From IMG/VR virus record IMGVR_UViG_3300017908_000050, positions 1 through 33,889 of that record: a stretch of 33,889 nucleotides of DNA; one strand, 5' to 3'. How positions within the stretch are numbered: the first letter of the stretch is position 1; every line of letters begins with the position of its first letter. A model generated the notes under the pieces. That model searched no databases. It saw only the letters and a program-made list of their open reading frames with translations, and had not been told where the DNA came from. The position numbers and the translations under genes were made by a program. This stretch comes from a virus (Duplodnaviria; Caudoviricetes). Shown piece after piece: positions 9,056-16,881 of this stretch.

Positions 9056-10546
9056 ATGGAATTAGACAATCATATATTAGCGGTTGTAGAACCGGCGATT
9101 CTACCTACAGAGATTAAACTTGAAGCTCTGGCAGAAGACCAAGGAGATAATGTAGACAAACAAACTAAAGAGATTGGGGCGTTTGAACCATTCATCTTGT
9201 GTAATGGTGTACAAATTAATTTCAATAAATTAATCTCTCTTGATTTAGAACTAAGTGGTGTAATACCTAGATGTAATGTAGAATTTGAAGATGCTTCATT
9301 TGAAGTAGACTCAATGCCTAGAGACGGAGACTTCTTTACAGTCTTGTTTAATTCAAAACACCAAGAGACATTTAAGTCTATTCACATGGACTTCGATATT
9401 ACTAATGTCGAGTCTGAAACGGGTACTGGAGTTATCACATTAGAAGGTATTACAAAGATTCCTAGAATGTTTAAAGAAGATTGTCAAGTCTACGACAGTG
9501 ATACTTCTTTAAATCATTTAGAGAAAATAGCAAGAGATTTAGAGTTAGGTCTAGCTACTAACATTGATGCTACAGATGATAAACAATCTAGAATTCAAGC
9601 CTATGAGACTTACAAGGATTTCATCAAATCAATAGTAGAGGATTCTTATATTTCTGATGATGGCTTCGCTAAATACTGTATTGACCAATACTACTTCTTA
9701 AACTTTGTAGACATCAATAAGGTTTTTAATTCTAAGAACCCAAAATTAGAAGAGGTAACTAAAGCCCTAACCTCCTTTGCAAAATCAGAAGCTGTAAAGA
9801 GACAAGCCGAAGATACAACAGATTCAGATAATATAGAAGTACCATTGCTTTTATCAAACCATTTAGAACTAAAAGGTTTTAGCTGTCATATTGAGAGACA
9901 TGAACTAATCAACAATTCTAGTAAGATTAGTTTAATGAATGGTCAGAGTAGAAATGTACAAATCTATGATAATAACTCTGATAAAGGTGAGAGATTTCAA
10001 GAGTTTACAGTTGAGCCTCTAGCAACAGAAGAATTAAGTGAGTTAGATGAACCACTAACAGGAAATAGAAAAGACGAGAGATACAAAGATCAAGTCAAAT
10101 ACAAATACATGGGTAGACAGAATGCTGGTGACGATGGTCTAGGTAATACTCATGGTAATGCTGTTTTCACAAAACTACACAGAAAACAAAATGAGATGCA
10201 GGTCAATAAGATGAAGCTAAAAGTTTCTCTATCTGGTTTCAATTCAGCAATCTATAAGTTTTGTAAAATACCAGTATTAATGTATCACTATGTAGGTGAG
10301 ATGATTGAAGCTGAACAAACAGCAGATCATTTTAGAGAAGAAGCTGGTTTAAAAGAGAGACCATTTGGTGCTGGTAAACCAGAATTAGATCCGAATGAGA
10401 GAATGACTCAAATGATGGATAAATTCCTATCTGGTTTCTATATAGTAGAAAACATTGACTATCGATATGATAACATTGATGGTATAAAAACGGAGGTAAC
10501 TCTAATGAGAAGAGAATGGCCAAGTCGTTCTAGAAACCTAACGTAA
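9056..10546 (+). CDS. Probable baseplate hub protein (gp27/gpD-like)
   Basis: 496 aa between the gp53-like and gp5-like genes; C-terminal LSGFYIVENIDYRY...TEVTLMRRE is typical of hub proteins. Confidence 0.6.
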   Translation: MELDNHILAVVEPAILPTEIKLEALAEDQGDNVDKQTKEIGAFEPFILCNGVQINFNKLISLDLELSGVIPRCNVEFEDASFEVDSMPRDGDFFTVLFNSKHQETFKSIHMDFDITNVESETGTGVITLEGITKIPRMFKEDCQVYDSDTSLNHLEKIARDLELGLATNIDATDDKQSRIQAYETYKDFIKSIVEDSYISDDGFAKYCIDQYYFLNFVDINKVFNSKNPKLEEVTKALTSFAKSEAVKRQAEDTTDSDNIEVPLLLSNHLELKGFSCHIERHELINNSSKISLMNGQSRNVQIYDNNSDKGERFQEFTVEPLATEELSELDEPLTGNRKDERYKDQVKYKYMGRQNAGDDGLGNTHGNAVFTKLHRKQNEMQVNKMKLKVSLSGFNSAIYKFCKIPVLMYHYVGEMIEAEQTADHFREEAGLKERPFGAGKPELDPNERMTQMMDKFLSGFYIVENIDYRYDNIDGIKTEVTLMRREWPSRSRNLT

Positions 10547-10566
10547 AAAATTGAGATAGATAATCT

Positions 10567-11949
10567 ATGGCAGATATAGACTTTAAAAGTAGAAATGACT
10601 TTAGAAAGGGAATGCAGCTTCGTAAGATCGATGAAGATCCTACATATCTGAGCTTTATGTTTCTCTTTCACTATAACGACCACACTGATGTGGGCCACTC
10701 TCCCCTACTCGATGGTACGGCAGAGAAGTATCTAAGAAATGTTGTTAGAGATGATGTTGGAGAAGCCTATGCTGATAATGTAAAGAATTTCGTTAGAGTC
10801 TTAAGAAAAGTTAACATGGAAATGCCTTGGTTCTGGAATGGACTAAAAGGTTTAGAACTTGCACTTAACTATGGTGATATGAAAGAGCCTTGGAGAGGTG
10901 CAGAAAAACCTACTTTAGAAATTGAATGTCTAGAAGAAAACATTGAGCTAACCGCAATAGGTCTAATGGACTTATATAAAAGATCTTGTTTTGATTTCGA
11001 GAGATATGTAGAAGTAGTACCTAGAAACCTAAGAGAATTCTCATTAGATATTATTGTATCTGAAGTTAGAGTATTTCAAAAAGATACTGCTGCTAGAGAT
11101 AGAGATTTTAAATCTGATGAAAACCCAAGTCAACTAACTGGTCCAGGTGCTCAATCAGGTCCTGTTAAAACTTTTAACGACCAAGTTATCAATAAAGATT
11201 TTACTACTGCAGACGTAACTCCTTTTATTAGATTAAGATTTACACACTGTGAGTTTGACATTAACTCGATTGCAGATTATTTTGCTGATATGTCTAAAAA
11301 CCCAGAGTTGAAGAAGCCAGTTATCAAAATTAACTGGGGAACATGTACGCAGATAGATCAGAAGTTAGGTCAAAATCTATTTAATGAGAAAGTAGATGGT
11401 GATAAACCTATTAATGCTAGAATAAATGAAGAGGCTAAGAAGAATGAACAGAAAGCAACTGAAGCTTCAGATGTACCAGGAATAGGTGACAAATACTTAA
11501 ATGCTATTAGAGGTCAAACTATCGGTAAAGTGGAGTCTACAATACAGGGTATTAAAGATGGTATTACTAGAAATGTAGAAGATATTCAGAATTCTTTTGC
11601 AAACCCAGATCAACCTGGTTTAGTCAACACAATTCTTACTGGTCAAACTAATAAACTAACACAAGCTCTACTAATTGGTAATGTACATGGTATTGACAAT
11701 ATATCAAATGACATTAATTCTGCAATTGCTCAAGGTAGTTTAAATGGTATTGCAAATCTATTTGGTGGTGATTCTCCTCTAGGTAATATAGGTGATATTG
11801 CAATTGATTCTACACCAGATAATGTGACTCTAGGTAAAGCACATGATACGATAGCTCCAGACAATGATGACCTAGGTCAAGAAAATATACATCCAGATGC
11901 AGTCGACTCGACTCCGGATGGAACGCTAAAAGAAAATGTCCATGAATAA
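10567..11949 (+). CDS. Tube-fold baseplate protein (gp54/gp19-like)
   Basis: 460 aa; LEIECLE...MDLYKRSCFD and RLRFTHCEFD resemble tube-fold segments; synteny with hub and spike genes. Confidence 0.45.
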   Translation: MADIDFKSRNDFRKGMQLRKIDEDPTYLSFMFLFHYNDHTDVGHSPLLDGTAEKYLRNVVRDDVGEAYADNVKNFVRVLRKVNMEMPWFWNGLKGLELALNYGDMKEPWRGAEKPTLEIECLEENIELTAIGLMDLYKRSCFDFERYVEVVPRNLREFSLDIIVSEVRVFQKDTAARDRDFKSDENPSQLTGPGAQSGPVKTFNDQVINKDFTTADVTPFIRLRFTHCEFDINSIADYFADMSKNPELKKPVIKINWGTCTQIDQKLGQNLFNEKVDGDKPINARINEEAKKNEQKATEASDVPGIGDKYLNAIRGQTIGKVESTIQGIKDGITRNVEDIQNSFANPDQPGLVNTILTGQTNKLTQALLIGNVHGIDNISNDINSAIAQGSLNGIANLFGGDSPLGNIGDIAIDSTPDNVTLGKAHDTIAPDNDDLGQENIHPDAVDSTPDGTLKENVHE

Positions 11950-12658
11950 TAATGAATTGTACAGAGACAACTTACGCGAAACACATTGGTTAGGTGAGGT
12001 AGTTATTAACGAGGACCCACTTCTTCAAGGTAGATGTAGAGTAAAAGTATTCGGTAAGTTTGATAAATTACCAGACGACCAGATTCCTTGGGCAACTCCT
12101 ATGAACAGAGATCAGGTTGGTTCACATGCTGTACCAAGAGTTGGAGATATTGTTGCTGTTAGATTTGACAACGGTAACATCTATCACCCAGAATACTGGT
12201 TTCAAGTAGACCAGAATGATGACCTAAAGAAAGATATTCTAGAAGCTTCTGATAAACCACATGATGTAATCTCTCTAGTATACGACGCAGAACGTAATCT
12301 AAGAATTTACCACTCACCAGAAGATGGCCTAGTAATTACCAGAGGTGAAGGTGCAAAAGAAAGACCTATGCTTCAAATAGATGAAGAGGGTTTCATTAAG
12401 ATTTCAACTGGCGAGAAAGTATTCTTAGACTGTGGAGACATCTTTGTGTCAAACACAGGCGAGGGTGGTGCTGATGAAACTGAACCAGCAGTTAGAGGTC
12501 AATCTCTACAAGACTGGTTACAGGCTTTACTTGATGACTACAATGCTCATATTCACCCAACTGGTGTTGGACCATCTGGTCCTCCGATGCCACCTACTCC
12601 GGCTACAGTTGCAAAATTAGGATCGACTCATATTAACTATCAACAAAAGAATAAATAA
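11936..12658 (+). CDS. Baseplate central spike (gp5/gpV/VgrG OB-fold), no lysozyme domain
   Basis: DPLLQGRCRVKVFG, IPWA, VPRVGDIVAVRFDNGN; short beta repeats; C-terminal HIH motif. The start could be 11942. Confidence 0.88.
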   Translation: MSMNNNELYRDNLRETHWLGEVVINEDPLLQGRCRVKVFGKFDKLPDDQIPWATPMNRDQVGSHAVPRVGDIVAVRFDNGNIYHPEYWFQVDQNDDLKKDILEASDKPHDVISLVYDAERNLRIYHSPEDGLVITRGEGAKERPMLQIDEEGFIKISTGEKVFLDCGDIFVSNTGEGGADETEPAVRGQSLQDWLQALLDDYNAHIHPTGVGPSGPPMPPTPATVAKLGSTHINYQQKNK

Positions 12659-12660
12659 CC

Positions 12661-14490
12661 ATGCCCGCGAATTGGCCAGTCTTCATACAGTCTCTAGCAA
12701 GTGAGATGACCAGTCAGAAATACACTAAGCCGGGCGGAGCAGGTGTTTCATATCCTCTACCTGAGTTTAAATCTGAAATTGGCAATCCATTAAATGCGGC
12801 TCTTAAATCTAATAAAGCAGACTATATCAATGCAATCAATCCAAACCCACTGAGTGGTAGATATGATTTTGGTGTAAAGGTTGCTGAGCTTTATATTAAA
12901 GCAGTAAAGAACTTAGCACAAACTCATGTCGCTGCATTACATACCAATAATCCAGCTGCAGAAACTTTATTAAAACAAGGTTATGGTATTGTGTTTGAAC
13001 GACTTCTAAGAGAAGGCGATATACCACTACAAGATCAATTCGATGAAGATGGTAATTTGACTGAGATGGGTAAAGAGTCTCATCCAGCATACGCTGATTT
13101 CTGCCCAGAAGTTGAGGTGCCTGATGAAGAAGAATTAGCTAAAATAGAAGAAGAGAACAAAAAGGCTTTTAATCAATTTGTTGAAGATGCAAAGGATGAG
13201 TACGATCTATATAAATTTAAGTTCTATCAATTTCCATGTTTAACTGGTAAAGAAACTCAAGAAGAGCTAGAGGTTATCTTTGCTAACAGAATTCTACTGG
13301 GCTATGAGTTTATGAACAGCGGTAATGAAAGATGGAATTACTTTGTATGGGTATGTCATTTAGGTAGTGAAAACTATTCAGGTGATTATCACAATCTAAA
13401 CTCTCAGTGTAAAGAAGATATTGAAGAGGCTGGATATGACTATAAGTTATTAGCAGACAATGTATCTGCTATGTGTAAAGCTGGTATCTTAGCTGCGCAT
13501 CCTGTACAACCTATTGACGGTTCACAGACTGGCACTAATTCTGCTCTAAAGAAAAGAATTAGAAGACCTGCTACTCAACCCCTAGCATTTCCAACACTTA
13601 AGAATAAAGACGAGAAAGAGATTATTCCAGAGATCTGTCCTATTAATCCATATAAGATTCAAGTGGCTTATGACTTTGAAGAGGATAGCAAAAGACCTGA
13701 GATTCTAACTTCAAATGTGGTTGCCACATTTACATACTATCCTGGAATGAGAGACCGTATAGGTTTTGGTCAAGGAACTTCGGATGTACCTAATGTTATT
13801 AATAATGTGAAAGCTCTGTTCCAGAAAGATCGTATTGAATATGACAAAACAAAAAATTGGGTTAAGTCCAATTATGAGAAGAATGAGTGGGAAAAACATT
13901 GGACTAAATGTCCTGAGAATAAATTAAGAGCGGCAGCACAGTCGAATGATATGACTGCAGAATTCTTAAAGATTGACCCTATGACAGAGGGTACTCTATT
14001 TAAGTTTGAGTATCATCGAGCTCTATGTGCAGTTAAGAATGCAGAAAAGTGTGAGGAAGAGATGGCAGCGGTCGATCACCCATGGGAACAATCAGGCACA
14101 ACACCAGATGGTAAGTCTTATGCAGGCGATCCGTATATGATGATGGCCAGAGTTACAATTGCATACTGGTATGCTTGTATTGTTAAGCCATTTAAGAATG
14201 TGCCAGCAGCACCTCCTGCTTTAATTCCACCACCGTTAACAGGTATCTATATTCCAATTTACTACGGTAGCGCAAATAGACTTGCAAATCACCTGAGAAG
14301 AGCATGGAACACTGGTAAATCTTTTGACACTCTAGGTATGACGCCACAGCCACCTGCCACGGCGACTGCAACAGCAGTAGCAGGCGCGTATGCCCTACAC
14401 CTGCTAGAATTTAAGCTGCTTTATCTTGGTGGTATTCCAACACCTTTCGGTCCAGTGCCTATGGTAGGTTTTGTACCTGTGGTATTTTAA
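12661..14490 (+). CDS. Hypothetical spike-adjacent structural protein with Pro-rich C-terminus
   Basis: 609-aa ORF starting 2 nt after the spike gene; PAAPPALIPPP and GIPTPFGPVP. Confidence 0.6.
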   Translation: MPANWPVFIQSLASEMTSQKYTKPGGAGVSYPLPEFKSEIGNPLNAALKSNKADYINAINPNPLSGRYDFGVKVAELYIKAVKNLAQTHVAALHTNNPAAETLLKQGYGIVFERLLREGDIPLQDQFDEDGNLTEMGKESHPAYADFCPEVEVPDEEELAKIEEENKKAFNQFVEDAKDEYDLYKFKFYQFPCLTGKETQEELEVIFANRILLGYEFMNSGNERWNYFVWVCHLGSENYSGDYHNLNSQCKEDIEEAGYDYKLLADNVSAMCKAGILAAHPVQPIDGSQTGTNSALKKRIRRPATQPLAFPTLKNKDEKEIIPEICPINPYKIQVAYDFEEDSKRPEILTSNVVATFTYYPGMRDRIGFGQGTSDVPNVINNVKALFQKDRIEYDKTKNWVKSNYEKNEWEKHWTKCPENKLRAAAQSNDMTAEFLKIDPMTEGTLFKFEYHRALCAVKNAEKCEEEMAAVDHPWEQSGTTPDGKSYAGDPYMMMARVTIAYWYACIVKPFKNVPAAPPALIPPPLTGIYIPIYYGSANRLANHLRRAWNTGKSFDTLGMTPQPPATATATAVAGAYALHLLEFKLLYLGGIPTPFGPVPMVGFVPVVF

Positions 14491-14897
14491 CCCCAGTCTT
14501 TTTCGAAAGTATACCAATGGTCTGCAGACGCACAGTCGCGCAGAGCATCGAGAACCATATAAACCTTTTCGTCCATAGTTAGGTTGTTCAGAATGGCCCC
14601 TACGTGCATCTCAATGAGGTGGTCTTCCTTAAGGTAAGTAGATACATGTTTTGCAATTCCAGTTACCAGACGAGTTGCATTTGAGCTAACGTCATTGTAA
14701 CGAGAACCTGGGTGATATTCGCCCCAGTCGCTAACTTCTTTAGCATGTTTCATCATCTTGTCCCAGAGTTTATCGCCGAGTAAATCTCGAACCTCCTGAC
14801 AGATTGCTTGAATTTGGTCTTTGTGAGTGAAGACGGCTTGGTAGCCGTAGCCACCAATACCGTTACATTCAATTTTCTTATAGTTAAATTGTTCCAT
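14487..14897 (-). CDS. Hypothetical protein
   Basis: 136-aa ORF filling a gap with no + strand gene; TAATG-coupled to the upstream minus-strand gene. Confidence 0.75.
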   Translation of the reverse strand: MEQFNYKKIECNGIGGYGYQAVFTHKDQIQAICQEVRDLLGDKLWDKMMKHAKEVSDWGEYHPGSRYNDVSSNATRLVTGIAKHVSTYLKEDHLIEMHVGAILNNLTMDEKVYMVLDALRDCASADHWYTFEKDWG

Positions 14898-15370
14898 TAT
14901 GCTACGAGTTCAATTATTGTGTTTTCAAAAGTGTCTTTCAACTCTCCGTAAGCCGGATCTGCCCAAGACTTAGAGCCGATAGATTTCCAGTGGCTGTAGT
15001 CCGCCATGTTAGGGAAAGTAGAGTGAATATCTCCAACAGTCAAGTTCTCAATAACAGTCTTGTCGATGTGCAAGAATTTGTTACCTTTCATGTTAAGAAC
15101 TGAGAAGTAATAGTCTGAATCTGGAAGTTGAATTTCAACGTTGAAGAGTTTGTTCTTGTCAAAGTTAAACAAGTTACAAAGTTTACTGGTACCTGAGTTA
15201 ATAACCATGAAACCAGCTCTACATTTAGAGATACTTCTGTATTTGTACTCTTTGTTCCAGTCCAATTTAAGGTCTTTCACGTAGAACGTGTGCATTTTAC
15301 CCTTGATGTTCTGATCGATTGAGAACGAAGTTCCGAGGGTATCGTGGGTGTGTTTTTTAATATAAGCCAT
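14897..15370 (-). CDS. Hypothetical protein
   Basis: 157-aa ORF with an A-rich leader (AATTAAAACAAACACGAAATG) and an upstream promoter-like element. Confidence 0.75.
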   Translation of the reverse strand: MAYIKKHTHDTLGTSFSIDQNIKGKMHTFYVKDLKLDWNKEYKYRSISKCRAGFMVINSGTSKLCNLFNFDKNKLFNVEIQLPDSDYYFSVLNMKGNKFLHIDKTVIENLTVGDIHSTFPNMADYSHWKSIGSKSWADPAYGELKDTFENTIIELVA

Positions 15371-15394
15371 TTCGTGTTTGTTTTAATTACAGTA

Positions 15395-15402
15395 CTAATA
15401 TA
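15395..15402 (-). promoter_or_regulatory. Candidate host-type promoter element TATATTAG (Bacteroidota -7 TAnnTTTG-like)
   Basis: Minus strand reads TTTTTCGTATATTAGTAC, 24 nt before ATG 15370. One mismatch to TAnnTTTG; no clear -33 TTTG. Confidence 0.4.
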
Positions 15403-15476
15403 CGAAAAATTTCTGACATAAAAAAATCTAGAGGCAATGATTTTGCAAAAAAATGCAACTTTTTTGCATCTGGATA

Positions 15477-15503
15477 AAACCCATATAGAAGCAGATATAT
15501 AAT
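15477..15503 (+). promoter_or_regulatory. Overlapping candidate promoters AAAC-N17-TATAAT and GATATATAA upstream of S1
   Basis: AAAC 15477-15480, TATAAT 15498-15503, GATATATAA 15494-15502. Confidence 0.5.
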
Positions 15504-15531
15504 ATGTTATTACCTTTTAAATAAAAAATAA

Positions 15532-16830
15532 ATGTCAGAAAAAAGAAGACGCAGAATTAAAACTGCCGGTGTGAAAGCCGAAACCTCAATCGAACTTTTA
15601 GAGAAAGTTCCAACCCCTACCCAAGAATTTACAGAAACTAAAGAAGAAGTCAAAGACGATGGTAATGACTTCTCAGAATTCTATGATGAGAGCGGAGAGT
15701 TCTTATGGGAGAAGTATGAAGCAACATGTCCAACTCAAAATAGGACTCACAATCCACATATAAAGACGAACAACGGAGATAAAGTATTCTCAAGAGAAGC
15801 TTATGCTCAAGAGTTGTATGATTTAATGGAAGGCCACAGTGCTAAAATTAAACCTGTTATTCAAGAGGGTGAGATTCATACTGGTGTTGTATATGGAGTA
15901 GACCAAAACTTTATTACTGTAGATATTGACTACAGAGAATTAGTTTATGTTAAGGCAAATAAAGAGTCTGAAGAAGTTAGAGCTTTATTACCTGGTGAAG
16001 AGACTGCTGTCTTAATTACTGACACGAAAGGTACTCTAGGTGGAACAATCACTGGTGGAGTTAAACACAAAACTTTCATGGACCTTAGAGCTGGTATCGA
16101 AGAAGGTAACACTGCTTGGATTGGTCAGGTTAAAAACATGATTGAGAATGGTGGTTATATTGTAAGAGTTCAAGGTGTTGATTGTTTCATGCCAGGTTCA
16201 CTTGCAGGTATTAATAAACTATCAGACTTTGGTTCTATAGTAGGCGAAGAGATTTATGTGGTACCAGTTAGTTTCTCTCCAGATAGAGGTACAATTGTAG
16301 TTTCACATAGAAAATATCTACAAGCTTTAATTCCAGGAGCAATTCAAGAGTTAAAACAAACCTTAGGTACTGAAATGACTGGTAATGTTACAGGTACTGC
16401 AAAGTATGGTGTGTTCGTTGAATTTAATAAGTGTTTAACAGGTATGATTCACAATAACGAATTAGACGAAACAACTTTAGCTAAATTCAAATCTAGAGAG
16501 ATTAAACCAGGAGACGAAATTAAATTCTTTGTTAAGGATATTATTAGCAACACTAAAATTACATTAACTCAAAAAGAAGTTACTTCTTTTAATCCATGGT
16601 TAGATATTCAATCTAGATATACAATACCATCTGTAGTCGAAGCAAAAGTTAAGACTAAAAAAGACTATGGTATCTTTGTAAATATCGAAGAAGGCGTAAC
16701 TGGATTGTTACATGTTAGTGAATTACCGGATAATTCAATAGAAGACTATAAAATAGGAGATTCAATCAATGTTCAAATTACTAGAATTGATGAAGCTACT
16801 ATGAAGGTATTTCTTAAATTACCTAAATAA
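15532..16830 (+). CDS. rpsA: Phage-encoded ribosomal protein S1 (bS1) homologue with four S1 domains
   Basis: Four OB repeats: EGEIHTGVV...ITVDID; GGYIVRVQGVDCFMPGS...IVVSHR; YGVFVEF...GMIHNNEL; DYGIFVNIEEGVTGLLHVSEL. They follow a charged N-terminal extension of about 105 aa. Confidence 0.9.
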   Translation: MSEKRRRRIKTAGVKAETSIELLEKVPTPTQEFTETKEEVKDDGNDFSEFYDESGEFLWEKYEATCPTQNRTHNPHIKTNNGDKVFSREAYAQELYDLMEGHSAKIKPVIQEGEIHTGVVYGVDQNFITVDIDYRELVYVKANKESEEVRALLPGEETAVLITDTKGTLGGTITGGVKHKTFMDLRAGIEEGNTAWIGQVKNMIENGGYIVRVQGVDCFMPGSLAGINKLSDFGSIVGEEIYVVPVSFSPDRGTIVVSHRKYLQALIPGAIQELKQTLGTEMTGNVTGTAKYGVFVEFNKCLTGMIHNNELDETTLAKFKSREIKPGDEIKFFVKDIISNTKITLTQKEVTSFNPWLDIQSRYTIPSVVEAKVKTKKDYGIFVNIEEGVTGLLHVSELPDNSIEDYKIGDSINVQITRIDEATMKVFLKLPK

Positions 16831-16847
16831 CTATCCCAACAGAGTTT

Positions 16848-16855
16848 GATATATA
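16848..16855 (+). promoter_or_regulatory. Candidate late promoter GATATATA
   Basis: Recurrent motif in the 51-nt gap before ATG 16882. Confidence 0.5.
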
Positions 16856-16881
16856 TTGAAAAGTAATATCATACTCCTAAT

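Noticed and set aside
14050-14490. Local GC rise as a sign of horizontal transfer
   Set aside because: It is largely explained by Pro/Ala/Gly codons in the C-terminus of the 609-aa protein.
15532-16830. Host chromosomal rpsA indicating bacterial sequence or a chimeric assembly
   Set aside because: It is divergent, four-domain, flanked by phage genes, and shares the upstream motif and codon style of its neighbours.
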